This document shows, piece after piece, positions 38,031 to 51,182 of a stretch of DNA of 64,000 bases. How positions within the stretch are numbered: position 1 is the stretch's first letter; every line of letters starts with the position of its first letter. Both the position numbers and the translations under genes were made by a program. Source of the DNA: Callorhinchus milii (Eukaryota); NCBI RefSeq assembly GCF_018977255.1, contig NW_024704743.1:52082001-52146000 (forward strand), in the 5' to 3' direction. The notes under the pieces were generated by a model. The model worked only from the letters and a program-made list of their open reading frames with translations, was not told the DNA's origin and did no database searches.

Positions 38031-39139
38031 CAATGTTTCAGATAAAAATAACACCTCAAATGAACATAGTGCACTCAATTCTATAATTACAGACCCAGAG
38101 TCACCAAATAATCTGTGTATATCCACCCCTGACTCTACCGTATGCTGCCTTTCCACAAGCATCATTTACATTGTGAAAATATGAGACATGGAAATACTCA
38201 GGCAAGAGTGCTGCCAACTGAGCAAGATTGACATCTGAGGGCCATGAGGTTAAATGCCATAATTTAATAGGCGTGTGCCATGTAATATCCACTTATAAAC
38301 ATTTATTACTTAAAATGCTGATATCCAGGCCCCTCACTCAGATCATACCCTGGAATTACGGTGTTTCTTCATTTCAACCCGTGCCAAATGCAGCGGGTGC
38401 AGCTGTTAATAAAATAGGTTTTGTGGCACACCTTACTTAAACTGGGCAGGGCTGACTACACTCTGCTGAGGAGGTGGTATAGGTGATTCTGTGTAATAAG
38501 ATTCAGATAGCAATTCAGAATAACGATGACAGATTATGAATCAAACATTGTCCAGGCCTACAATTATCGCCTGGCATGCTGGAGGAATTGCCCAGGTGTC
38601 TGTGAGGTAATCCAAATTGGGCAAGCAAAGACAGAAACACATACAAAGTTAGAAAATTCCTGAATCTCAATCTCAACGTGAGAAATTATTTGAAAATCCC
38701 TGTTTGTCGCCCCAGGGAAAGGCAGTGCAGAGCTAAGAAAAGTCTGGTAAATTTCAATGAATACACTGCTTGTTGTTTTGTACAGCAAATAAATCTATAT
38801 TGAAACCAGTCATTTCATGTAATGCCTGTGGAAAGACCTGTGAAAAAAATTAACTGTAAATTTCAAAATCATGCAAAATATTGGTCCTTTTGTTTCATGT
38901 TGTTTTATTTCTGAGCTGACAGGTTGTCCACAGCCAGTAATAAATGTGAGAAATATCTCCTCGTGATTAGTTTACATGATTCCCCTAACCTTTCAAATAT
39001 TTTTTTTAGAATCCTGCCAATGGAAAGCTATGTTATTCTGGTTGGTAAACACACTTTAATAGGTAGAGAGTTAGGGAGGTGCCAGGGCATGAAGGAATTT
39101 GAATTTTAAAATAAAGCATTTCCATAATGCAACTTAACA

Positions 39140-39380
39140 TCAGACTTGCAGCTTGCACAGGTGGGCAAGCTTTCAAGCATTCTGACACCACTTTCTGCAT
39201 CTCCATCCGACATGCCCCCTCCCTCCTCATTTTCATTTCAACCCGTGCCAAATGCGATTTAGTTATTTGTCTGCACTTTTGGTCAAACCCCTCCCCTCCC
39301 AGCTCAGGTATCCAGCCGATTGTGCAAAGCACTGTGAAATTCCTTACCAAAGTAAAAGGCACTATTTAAATGTAAATTCT
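39140..39380 (+). mobile_element. L2 LINE 3' fragment
   Basis: gggcaagctttcaagcattctg...aaggcactatttaaatgtaaatt. Confidence 0.65.
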
Positions 39381-39611
39381 ATTCTCTTCCATTGCAAGAA
39401 CAGTAATTAAGTCCTCAATATTCAGACCTGCATATCTGGTCCCAAGTACTCCAGCAGGCATGGAAAATACTGTCTCTGAGCTTTTGTTTTGGTCAGTTGG
39501 ATGCCTGACATATGTCTATCACCATGTTTAAGAGTATCCAAACCAGAATTAGAGCTTCATGCATGCCACCTACCATGAAAATTCTAGTCATAGATAAGAA
39601 TAGATCGCCCG

Positions 39612-39782
39612 AACAGGCAGACAGGACCAATTTAATGTCTCATCCGAAGGATAACACCTCTTACAATGCATTGTATTGGAGTGTCTAAACCACGAGTTCA
39701 AAGTTCCAGTGTGACATATAAGGTTTAAACCCACAACCTTCTAACTCAGAGCCAAGAATACTGCCAACTGAGTCAGGCTGCC
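39612..39782 (-). mobile_element. Deu-SINE 5' half
   Basis: ttaatgtctcatccgaagg...aacccacaaccttctaactcagag...aactgagtcaggctg. Confidence 0.75.
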
Positions 39783-40179
39783 ACCCTCAATCTATATTGG
39801 TTGAATGCAGCAGTAAGTAAACATTGCTGTGCACCTTTCATGAGAAAATTGGTAGAACTTAAACAAGGAACACACAGAAACAGAAAAAAGTTGTAAAGTG
39901 ACAAAGATAAAGTGTAAATGTTTCCCACCTTTCTCCTTTAGGTAACAACAACAACTTGCACTTATATAGCGTCTTCCAATGCAGGGTGGCATCTCAGAGC
40001 GTTTATATACTTCATCTTCTCTCCAAATCTTTTCAACCTTGGTGATGCCCAACACTTGGAACAATATCCATTGAAAAGAACGTCTACTCTTTTAGATTCC
40101 CTCATGATAATTTTAGTGATTTACACAATTTTAGCAATCAGCATCTAGAAAAGCTCAAGAAGTTCAATTTCCATCAAAA

Positions 40180-40560
40180 TAACAACACCTCACATTTATA
40201 TAATGCCCCTCATGCAGGGTAGTGGTCCAGAGTGCTTGACCATGGCAGAGCACGACACCGAGCCCAACCTGAAGATGGTGAATCAAGGGGCAAGGCGGAG
40301 GGATAAAGGAAGAATGTTCCAGAGTTTCAGGGCATAGCGGCTAAAATCACGGCCACCAATGCTGGAACAGAGAGCATGAGGGATATGCAGAAGGCCGGAG
40401 CAAGTCGAGCGGAGGCAGCTGCTTGTGAGGTAAGCAGGTCGGAGAGGTAGGGAGGTGCCAAGGCATGAAGGAAATTGAAAACGAGTGTGAGCATCTTGAA
40501 ATCAACCCGTTCAGTGATAGGGAGCCAGTGGAGCTTGGCTAGAACTGGTGTGATGCGGTT
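40180..40560 (-). mobile_element. L2 LINE 3' fragment
   Basis: RITPVLAKLHWLPITERVDFKMLTLVFNFLHALAPPYLSDLL. Confidence 0.9.
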
Positions 40561-41544
40561 ATTGAGGTTATTGCACAAGTTCAGTTTTCAATCACTCACG
40601 TGGATAACAATATAATTACCAGATGAGATGAACTTCCATTGAACACTTGTTCTGTTTAAAATATTCCAATTTGATTCAGAGAGGTACCACGGAATTCAGA
40701 TGAAATGCAAATGGAAGATCCCAAGTTCACCTTTAGATGATAACTCTGCAGGCACACTTCTAATCTGATTCCAGTTACTTGATGTTGTGTTGTTGGTGCA
40801 GGTGTGAAACAAATTTGTGGTAGGAAGAGTTACACACCCAAGAGTTTAAATAAACAAATTCAAGAACTAATTTATATGCCTACATTTCTGCAAGATTTGA
40901 ACTCTGATGTGAAGTGCCTGAGTTCAATTTTCAAAGGGTGATAATGAACAAACCTTAGGGAGCGAGTCTATAAGGAGTATCAACCTGGCTCATTTGATAG
41001 AACTCAAGTCAGAACAATCCATCATTAAGTAGGCAAACAACTCTTCTCAACTATTGCCAGTCTTGGGCATTGCATCTGTGGACAAATCTTGGTGAGGGAA
41101 TAATTGGGTAACTGACCAAAGTACGTTTGTGAGAAAGCATTAGTCCATAGATGAGGCACAGTTCAGGGTGGTTCAGGATTAATGTGCTCCATGTGAATCA
41201 GACTTCTGGTATATCCACTGCTACGCAAATGTGGCCAGGTTAGGGGTTTAGTGGTATAAAGGGAGGATGCTTGGATCCCATGGGAAACTGCGTTCAAGCA
41301 AATGGCATGTGGGGAAATGAATGAAGGAGAAAACGAGGAGAAGTGAAAAATTATGAGAACGCGAAGAAGTGTTAGATGTGTATGTCAAGCTTGGTAGTAT
41401 TCATATAATGCTGGATATGGTTATACAATGAAGATCTTTATATAAAAAAAGGACTTGGTCCAGTAATACATCCACCAAAGACAAAAGTAGTACTGTTTTA
41501 AATTATTTTATGTTCGCTAAATACAGAAACGATTTGTGAGGATT

Positions 41545-41930
41545 GAACTGGAGGTAATATAACTCTATTATTAAAACAAAAGGTTGAGGGAACATGTGGA
41601 AACTATCAGCCAGTACAATTTGTGTCAATTGTAGCGGGAGTCTTCAAAACTACTTTAATAGATCCAATGGGTAAAGACCTGAAAAAGACAGGGGACATTG
41701 ATTCAGCAAAGAGAGGTCATATTTAACCAATAGACTAGAGATGTTACTGATATGGTAGACAAGGGTAATGGTAAATCAGAGTCATGCAATAAGTTGTTCA
41801 AGCATGGATTTGAATAGAAAATTGATTTGAAAACAGCATTTAGCCAGAAATGGAGACTTTTCATGAATTAAATGAATGACTAGCAGGGGTACCTCAGGAG
41901 TCAGTCTGAAGAGCATTTCTATTTTTAATT
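41545..41930 (+). mobile_element. CR1-type RT internal fragment, highly decayed
   Basis: ggaaactatcagccagta (GNYQPV) and ggggtacctcaggagtcagtc (GVPQESV). Confidence 0.65.
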
Positions 41931-42289
41931 CAAGGAAGTGAATTAAGCCAAGAGGAAGAACAACAGCAATTGCCTTTGTTTATTTTTGTTGTGTTGCCAT
42001 TGTCCCAAAGCTCACAAGAGGGTTAAGATTAAGTCAAAACGATATACTGACTACGGATGCTCTCAATTTAACACTTCACACCTTATGTGCGAATATTGCA
42101 AATTACACCCCAATATGGTTGCAAGTTCTGGAACCAATGCATATGTCGGTTTGTCCATCCCAATTCCTTTCCTAGCAACAGAACTTGTGTACTATTACTA
42201 ATAGAAGGGGAAATAGAAATATTTTAGTGTTGTACAGATAATCCTTTATTCCAGTGCCACAATTTCTAATAGTAAAACTACAAGCAAAA

Positions 42290-42630
42290 TAAGACAAAAC
42301 TATCATTGTTATAGCGACTAATCATGTCAAAACATCTCAAAGAGCTTCACAGGTAATTACTGTCAAGTGTAGTGATTGATATGAGGGCAAACACAATTAA
42401 GGTCTCACAAACAGCCATAAGGTAAATTACCAATTTAGCTGAATGATTGCTGGCCAGGATATCAGGAAAAACTTCCTTCTCTTTGCAAGTTGTGTCATGC
42501 AATCTTTAGCATCCTACAACAAAAAATAAGCAATCTGTACCTTGGTTTAACATCCCATCTGAAAGACAGCATCTTGTCAATGCATTGCTCTTTCAGTACT
42601 ACACTAGACTGTGTGATCATGTTGGGCTTG
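42290..42630 (-). mobile_element. Deu-domain SINE
   Basis: tggccaggatatcagg...ggtttaacatcccatctgaaagacagcatc. Confidence 0.75.
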
Positions 42631-43479
42631 AAGATACAAGATCACAAGGGGGAATTCATATGAAGAAGTCCCTTCAGGCCAATTGATCTCTTCCAGATTA
42701 TCCATCCTACCATCCTCCTATCATGGTACCCAGCTATTTCTTAAATGAGTCCAGCATCCTGGCAACCCTTTCCAGTTGTCAATTACCTTCTGTGTGAGGA
42801 AACAGTTCCCGGTATCTGTCCTGAATTGGGAAAAAAGCTGTATGGGTCAGAATCTAAAAAAAACTGACATTGTATTACAGAAACATGCACAGCTAGCTTA
42901 TGTTGCATGACTTCAGGAGAATCAGAGCCTGGTGAGTATTCCCAACTGGCATTTGATTGTCCAAACACCCTCTGGTCTCAATTAGTTCAGATAATTGATG
43001 TTCTACTGTACCTATTAATAAAGAAAATCCCTCACTTGTGTTGCGAAGTTGCTTTCAGCTCTGCTTGTGGAGTTAATTTTGTTGAAATCACTGTTAAACA
43101 TGAAGGGCAAAAAGGCTTTATAAATTCAATCATTACTTATACACTCCTCAAAACAATCAATTGTGAAAAAATTTGCAAAGGTAATTTTCCTCCCAATAGG
43201 TATTCTCCCCATAGCTATTGTATTTAGCCCTGTCCACACAGAATATTGAAGATACACACATATAATCTCATCTGTTCATAGTTTCTTTTGTCACTTTCTC
43301 TCCTAAATGGATATTTGCTTTGATTCTTGATGCAATGATTGACAGGTTAGCAATGAAACTTGACAGGAGGTGTCACCTATAAATTGGATTTTACAATAAA
43401 TCAATACAAGTTGAATAATATTGTATTTCTTTATTTAATTTTGTTTCCATTCAAAATGACGAGGGATTTCAGTGGACTA

Positions 43480-43720
43480 GGACACTGTTCCCATTGTTTT
43501 GTGTCAAGCCCTCCAGGTGAAGTACAGGACACGTTTGATGGAGAGTAAAGTTCCCTTTACTGTCTCAACAATGCTTTATCCCTAACACCCAAATTCACTC
43601 CTTACTACTCTAAAGGACATTTCCCCTTCACTACAGCAGCTGCCTTGATTACTATTGAATTACATTTCTAGACAGTTTTATGTTCCAGGTCCACACCCAC
43701 TGGATTCAAGTTCTCATCAC
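43480..43720 (-). mobile_element. LF-SINE-like fragment
   Basis: Reverse complement gcattgttgagacagtaaagggaactttactctccatcaaacgtgtcctgtacttc resembles the LF-SINE 3' region as I recall it. Confidence 0.4.
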
Positions 43721-43764
43721 ATCTCTTACAGTCAGGAAGGAGAGGATATATTCATTTGTTTCTT

Positions 43765-44190
43765 TTTATCCCACCACTTTTTCTCCCTTCTGTTCTTCCT
43801 CTCATAAAGGCAGTTGAGCCGCTTTTTTCCTTCTACTAGGGCATGATTCCAAGATCCGAGTCACAGGATCTCATCCAAATGACGATTACTCATGTTTGAG
43901 CCTTGACATTGAATGTTGACAGAAATGTCGATGGGTAAAGGGGCAATGCACGCAAGCCTAATACTGTCCTAACCCAACATTCACACACAAACACAGTATT
44001 CAAGGTAGTGATTAGGAGTGGGAACCAGAGCTTATATTTCCCCAACCAGCATAAGGACACTAAGGCTAATTGTAGCCCCAAATGCTGCTCTGACTGATAT
44101 CAACTAACTTAGCACACAACGGGATTTAAAAGTACAATCGACCGAGTGCTGAACTTGGCTGAGTCTCTACCCATCCAGCCACCAGAGAGC
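43765..44190 (-). mobile_element. ancient SINE-like family, near full length
   Basis: Reverse complement tgtgctaagttagttgatatcagtcagagcagc...ctacaattagcc...cccactcctaatcactacc...ggctcaaacatgagtaat. Confidence 0.65.
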
Positions 44191-44664
44191 TGCCTAAACA
44201 TTTTTCAATCCTCACATGCTATATTCATCCTTTTTAACTGGCAGCCCTGAGCTGTCATTTTTTATTGCCTGGATCTGCATACCTCTATACAGTACATAAC
44301 ATAACTACTTTAGTTTCACATCATACCAGATATCTGAAAAAATGGGTTATTTACCATTTGCATTATCCTCATTGTTCCAATGCAAACTTCCTGGTAAAAC
44401 ATTAGTAATGTTGTACACTTCCCTGTTACTTTGCAGCCCTATATGGAGACAGTGTGATTTAATCAATTAGCCAGATATTCATTGTTGTCTCCTCTCTTCC
44501 TCTCTCACTATAGTTCTGCATTCAGGGTCTTCAAAAGCGGTCTGGGTGATTTCTGTCTTTCACTCTATTTTCCTTTGTCTCCCTTCTTCTCCCCTCAGCG
44601 GTGATAATGTAGCCGGTTGTCAAAATGAATTACTGCATTGTACAATTGCTTCAGCCACACCTAG

Positions 44665-44832
44665 AGGCCCCAAATTTCACATTGTTCAAACCTTATGTCT
44701 TAAAATTTCAGATCATGCAGAATTCTGGATTATTGACAGCTGTTTTTTAGTTTAAGAATGTCAAAATTTTGCACAATTGGAAATTTACCACAATAGTCTT
44801 AAGACGAAAAACATGAAGTATTTCACGCCCCG
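44665..44832. mobile_element. palindromic AT-rich MITE-like element
   Basis: gtcttaaaatttcagatcatgcagaatt...atagtcttaagac shared with 51690, 54000 and 62358. Confidence 0.55.
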
Positions 44833-46902
44833 GGTTGTGCCATTTTGATTCTTTTAAATATAAATATGTTAACCGTGTGCCTTAAGTCATTATAAAGCTG
44901 TGACTTAGCAGTAGTTTACTGAAAAAACACCATAATGTTAGGTTATATCCACCACTGGATTATGCGCAGCAATAGTCCTTGGTAAAATCAGCCCGCATTA
45001 TTTATTGCTTGATTCTACCAATCTGCAGCAAGTTCAAAGTCATTATAGTGTTAAGTATTTAACATCTGACACAAACTCCCACTACAATATTAAAGAAAAG
45101 CAAGAACTGCTAGAACAGTTATGCAGTGGCCTGGAGTGCTCTGTTGTAGGAAACATTTACCTTTAGAAAATGTAATTAATGGATCTAATGCTCTGTAACT
45201 AATCCTCATGTTGAAAAAAAACTGAAATAGTGAGGTTAAATCTTGTAATAGGATTTAAATACTGTACTGTGTCATATAGAGGTCACTGAATAAATAACAT
45301 TTTTTTCTAATTGATCTAACCTGTCGAAGGTGTAGCACATAAGCTGTCGTGCAATGAAATGGAGTGTTGTTCAAATAAGTGTAAAGACTATTTCCTTTAT
45401 TGCTGTAGGAGTTACTGCCGTCAGCATGGGATTCTTTCCTTTTATCAAAAGCAGTTGAGAAATCTCAACAGGCCTTTATACAATTACTGTAGCTCCCTCT
45501 TCTCCATCTACTGCTCTTCCAGCCATGCTGCCACAGGCCAGTGGGGATATAACATTCTAACTGGTGGAAGATTTGGTCAGTCAGGCATCAAAATCCATCC
45601 CCGTCTTAGAAATTACCCCGGACCAGTGTGCCTGGAGGATTGTGTTGTGCCTCTTTGCACAGTGCTCTCAAAGCAAGAGGGAATCCCTGTGTGTTTTTTG
45701 AGGGAGGGAGGGATTAATATACTCTTTACAATTTATAAGGAAAAAAATTGAAAGAATTTTAAATTAAAAATCTTTTAGTCTTTTATATTCCACACATTTT
45801 CACATAGAATGGCTGGCTAGCAGGAACTGTTTATTCGTATTAAGTACACAGTGCTGCCCATCCGATTGTGAGTACAACAGGATTTATTTTCTATTATGTA
45901 GGAGAGCTGGGTTGCTTCTTGTATAACACATTTCAAGGGAAGAGCAAATGTTTGGGATTGATTTCTCGTGACCACAAAAAAAAGTGGCTATTTAACAATT
46001 GTATGGTTTGATATTAAGGAGCATGAATTTGACACAAGCTGGGGTTTTATGAGGGAGGCTCGGAGGATTTCAGAGGATTCCGTTTCTCAATCCGTGTATA
46101 ACTATCAACCGGAACTGTAAAATTCCACATATATTACCTTCTTTATTTGCTCCCCAATATCCCAAATGCTCCACGGGCAGGATGAAATTTTAATCATGTT
46201 TGTTGCTTTAGTGAAAATGGTGTACGTCATGCTTCACTATTTCTTATGACATTCTGGCAACTCGAACATGGAGGCATATTAATACCATGCTGACAAACAC
46301 TGGAATGGTATATGGCCCAGGACTGTATTCTGTGTAAGGGATCTCAACAGACAAAGTGCCCCGAAGAAATACAGCATACAATTTGTAGAATTAAAGCTGT
46401 GTCTATGATATTATAAATCACTAATTGGTATTAAATCAGTCAGGATGCATGCAAGAGTCTCCAGTGCACATCTGTTATCACAGAATGATGTCCCTGTGCA
46501 CATCAAATTAGGTAATAATGAATGGCAAGGCATGCGAATACTGCAAATATTACCACACAGTTGAGTGTTCTCCACAAGGCAAAAATTAAATTCACTGAAT
46601 GTTGTTATCATGCAAAACCTGAAGGCAAATGTACCTGGAAGGTTCTTCATTGCTATTAGATCAGAAGGTTTCTTCATGTTTTTCTTTGAAAGCTTTAAAG
46701 ATTTAAAACTCAAAAGGACACTCAAAGCAGTAAAAAGGCACACAATGACAATTTCAAATTAACATTTGATAAGAACATTCTGATACTTGATACTTCCTGG
46801 ATAGATAATTTTACTGTTTTCAATAGAGATTGAAGGCAAATAATCAAGTTAACAGATTGTTCAAATAGTACTAAATATATACCACGATTCACATGCTGCA
46901 GG

Positions 46903-47000
46903 ATGTTACATACAGGATAATGCACAATTTGTATCACATAATACAGGGTCTATAACATGTTACACATAGGATAATGCACAGTCGATACTATTATATACAG
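46903..47000. repeat. imperfect ~54-bp tandem duplication
   Basis: atgttacatacaggataatgcaca / atgttacacataggataatgcaca. Confidence 0.8.
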
Positions 47001-47359
47001 TCTGTAGTGTGTTTACTTTGCTTTTTGATCCCATCATTTAGTAAACAACAATATTAAGATATCTTTAAGTGTGGTGGGCTGGGGGATGGTCAGGGAAGCA
47101 GATAGAAGGGAGAAATTTCAATGTGTCCTGATGTGTAGGGGGCAGATATGTGCGATTTGCGCTTGATATGAAAGGAAATGTTCCTGCTACTTCACAGAGA
47201 TGGATGATAGGGTGTATCACTGTAACTGTTGTCAGGATTACATTCTGCTTGAAGGTGAAACAAATCCTTTAGTCAGACCCCAATAAAGAAATGTGGGGCA
47301 GAAATGGGAATGTATGCTACATATGTCCACGAATATTAGGACCTAATTTCTGGTATTTC

Positions 47360-47475
47360 TTAAGGGCATTCCTCAATAAGGATTCTGAGTCACACAAACA
47401 GACATCTACATACAATAACCGGAAGTAAATCACACTGACCACACCCCCAAACGATTCCACAAATAATGCAATTAG
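47360..47475. promoter_or_regulatory. candidate enhancer (dense TF motif cluster)
   Basis: CATTCC (TEAD, 47367), TGAGTCA (AP-1, 47386), ACAAACA (FOX-like), ACCGGAAGT (ETS, 47418), TGACCACA (RUNX, 47436) and CCACACCC (KLF) within ~80 bp. Confidence 0.35.
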
Positions 47476-48223
47476 ACTTCCAACATTCTGTACATAGGGC
47501 TTTCCATTTTCATAGGTTCTGAGCACTGAAAAGACAATGTGAATTAATAGTAGTTCTATGTTTAAGTTCCACCCTGGTTTTAGGTAAGTACAGTATTCAT
47601 CTACAAATACACGGTCATTCCATTTCACAGTAGATCCTATGAAGCACTTTGAGACGTCCTCCCAATGTGAAAGGCGCTAATGCAAAGATTATTATTCTTG
47701 TTATCCCACTTCTTCCAGCTACTTTACAAGGACCCCTGCATTGTGATAGTTAATGTGTGGTCAGTAACATCAATACTATTGCAATGAGTTGAATGACCCT
47801 GCAGGAAATCTGGAAGAAAGTGTATGATTTGCCCTCAATTAAAGCATCAAAGTATAGCTTTACTATCGGAGTCAAATTAGGAGTACCTTTGATATTTATC
47901 AAATCAAATGGCCGAGAGGTACATCTTCTCTCTTTATTACCTTTTCAGTGGTGATGTCCATGAAACCTGGTCCGGGGCATTGACATAGATCACAATCTTC
48001 AACCGTCAAGTTCTATCATATATGTTACCATTCAGAACAGTCTGAGAGGGTGTGTTCCCCCCACCTCTCCCCCACCGCCAAATGTTAACACCTAACACTT
48101 ACTCGTCTTATTCTTCTTCCCAAATGTTATAACCTCACATTTGTTTGTATTAAGTTTCATTTGCCATTTCTCAGCCCAATCAACTATTCTGTCTATGCCC
48201 CCTTTAGTGCCTAAGTTGGATGC

Positions 48224-48540
48224 TGGAGTCCTGTAGCTTAATAATTAGAGCATTCACCTTGCAAGCAAGAGAACCTGGGTTGAATTCCCGGCAGGACAAA
48301 ACATTGGGCAAGTTTCCTTCCTCCACACACCTCTGTTTGCCGAGCAGTAAGTAGGAACCCGGCTGTTAATTGATTGGTACTTTTCTGGGGGTGATAAACC
48401 TGTCAAAAAAAACTATATAATAATTTGGTCACTCAATCCACAACTGCTTGTGGGACCCTGCTGTGTCAATTCATTTTATTCTGTGAAGCATTTTGAGATG
48501 TCTCGAAGATGTGATAAGGTGCCATACAATGATTATTATA
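48224..48540 (+). mobile_element. tRNA-headed SINE, long form
   Basis: tggagtcctgtagctt head; ctctgtttgccgagcagtaagtaggaacccggctg segment; tail. Confidence 0.9.
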
Positions 48541-49477
48541 CATTTTGCATGAGTGGGGAAGGAGGGGATGGAGGGGGGCAGGAGATGAGGAGGGGAGGAG
48601 TGGAGGAGGGTAATTATCTCACTTAACCCGCAGCAGGATGTTTGGAAAGAAAATAAGCTCTTGATGACACAGGGTTACAAAAGAGATAACAAAATTGTCT
48701 TTCAAAAAATAAAAACATATAAAACACATTAATTTACTATAAATGAAGATAAAGAACCCAACTTTACAAACAAACAAGATAGCTTTCATGGAACCTTACA
48801 TTAAGAAAGACCAATTTCCTCTTTAATTACTGCAGATTATCTGTGTTTAAGAATATTCACATTTCCATGAGCCACATCGGTTCATGTCTTATCAGAATGA
48901 TGAATTAGCTTAAAAAAAACTTGCAGAGGAATGAATGTCCTCATAGTCCTAGCAGATGACTCACTGCCTTCAGGCCAAAGTGTTACTGTACTATGGTTCA
49001 CTTACCACTTTCTCATACAATGCCAGCCTGCTGCAATGATAAGTATCACTTTTGTACACAGCTAGTTGGTACCAATTCAGTGTTGAAAGGGACAGATGAC
49101 GAACACGAGTGTGGATGAGCACCACACAATGTAAGTGACACAGACCAATGAAAGTTTATTTTATGTAAAGAATGAATCACTTTAACTCCCAGTAACACAT
49201 GATACTTCTGATATTCCATAGTACTTTAGAGATTTTGTGGAAGAACTTGTTTTTTAAAAAAAGAATCCTTGATGTTTTCTTGGCACATGAATAGCATTAA
49301 CAAGCCAGCAGTAAAAACAGGACTAGCAAGAGTAGATGAGTCAATATCGTGCTTCTAACATCTGCTGGGTATTTTTAGTAAGAAACTTCTTCATCTCTAC
49401 CGAGTCAAGTGAAACCTTCGGATAACACATATGAAGAAAGTTCTGCAGAGCTGGATGTTGATTCATATTATCTCTGT

Positions 49478-49885
49478 ATACCTCACTTTCAAGGCCATCC
49501 ATGGCCTTGCCCCCTTCTACCTCTCTGACCTATTGACTCCCTACCTACCAGCCCGCTTCCTCCGCTCAATGGGCTCCGGCCTGCTCCATGTCTCCCGCCC
49601 AACCTGCCCTACCATCGGTGGCCGAGCTTTCAGCCTCTCTGACCCCACACGCTGGAACTCCATCCCACAGTCCCTTCGTCTCACTTCCTCCCCTGCCTCC
49701 TTCAAGACCAGTCTCAAGATGCTCCTCTTCGATTGTACCTTCGGTCGTCCTTCCACTCTCTGCCTTCCCTCACCCCTACCTCACCCTTCCCATGCTCGGG
49801 TCCTAACCCCTGACTGTCCAGCGTCTTGGGACATCCTCCCGATGTGAAAGGCGCTCTATAAATGTAATTTTGTGGTTATTGTTGT
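49478..49885 (+). mobile_element. L2 LINE 3' fragment
   Basis: LTFKAIHGLAPFYLSDLLTPYLPARFLRS..GGRAFS..WNSIP..FKTSLKMLLF; stem-loop tail. Confidence 0.95.
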
Positions 49886-50904
49886 GTGATAAAGAGGCAA
49901 AGAGCCAATTTATGTTCAGGATGAAGGGTTTGGAAGACATTGGGACTGCATATTTTGGAGGATGCTAAGCAGTAATGCTAGACACTATTCTATTCAAACA
50001 TATAAATTGTATGATAAAGTACAGGAAGGTATCTATGCACATTAAATATGCAGAAGTTCATTACAGTGCATTTACAGTAATGGCAACACTGCACATTTTG
50101 TGTCAGGACAGTGTATTTGTGCAAAGCATTCCCCAAATGGTTATGAATGCTTTTATATCAACTACATATAACTTTTATCCTCCTCAAAGAACAAAGGACA
50201 GAGTGGACTTGCTGAACTATAGTGGAACCCTACAACCAAGACCTGTCACCTTGAATCAAAAGCCAGCTCATATACATAACAATAATATTTACATTTAATA
50301 CAGCACCTTCACTGAAATGTATCAATGCCCTTCACAGATAATTGCTGTCAAGTATAGAAACTCTGTATTTGTATACAATCTGCATTGTGAACGCTGTAGT
50401 TATATTTATGGAGAGGGGTAAGTGAAGAGGTGTCAGCTGGCATACAGGGAAGGTCCAGGAGGGCGAGGACACAAAGCGAACAGCATGGAATGCAGACTTT
50501 AGTGAGCCTATTTTAACCAGAGGCTGGCAATGTTCAAGAGCCACATGGAAGGATCTTTTGTCACTACATGCTATGGAAGGTTGTTGGGGGTTGTGAATAG
50601 GTATCTATTATAGTTCTCCTACAAGTGATTCAATCTTCCAAAATGATACTGATAAACAGTTCAGGTTGTCCTCATTCCTGGCTGCCTTTAAGGACTTAGC
50701 ATCTGCAGTGGCAACCTGAATTCAATAACCACAACAACTTGCATTTATATAACACCCTTCACACAGGATAGAGTCTCGGAGTGCTGATATTTCAAATGCA
50801 TGTCATATACACAATTGGAGCAGAAATAATGGGATCTGACATTGTTTAAATGTAGACACTCTAGAACTATTGAATAGGATTTATCCAAAAGTACTGGAGT
50901 CAAC

Positions 50905-51182
50905 ACCAACATATGTGAGCATCGTTGACAGGCAGGTTCAACCTTTTGCCTCTACTCCCTGGGACTCCATCCCAGAGTCCCTCCACCTCACCTCCTCCCT
51001 TCCCACCTTCAATGTCTACCTTAAGGCTAATTTCTTCAACTGTGCTTTCTACTACATTCTCCCCCCCTACAAAGTCAGTCTCACCTCCCTCTGCTCTTGC
51101 TCAGGCTCCAAACAGTTGTGTGAAACAACTTGAGATATCCTCCTGATGTAAAAGGCACAATATAAATGTAAACTGTTGTTAA
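50905..51182 (+). mobile_element. L2 LINE 3' fragment
   Basis: WDSIPESLHLTSSLPTFNVYLKANFF; tail. Confidence 0.85.

Noticed and set aside
45359..45751. 130-aa ORF and a possible acceptor near 45408
   Set aside because: No recognisable domain, composition typical of random AT-rich frames, and no partner exons.
46411..46743. 110-aa minus-strand ORF
   Set aside because: No motif and no convincing splice boundaries.
47317..47628. 103-aa minus-strand ORF with a good internal acceptor
   Set aside because: Begins in a SINE tail remnant and has no recognisable homology; better explained as a regulatory motif cluster.
48553..48610. G-rich purine tract with quadruplex potential
   Set aside because: Low-complexity sequence next to a SINE with no other support.
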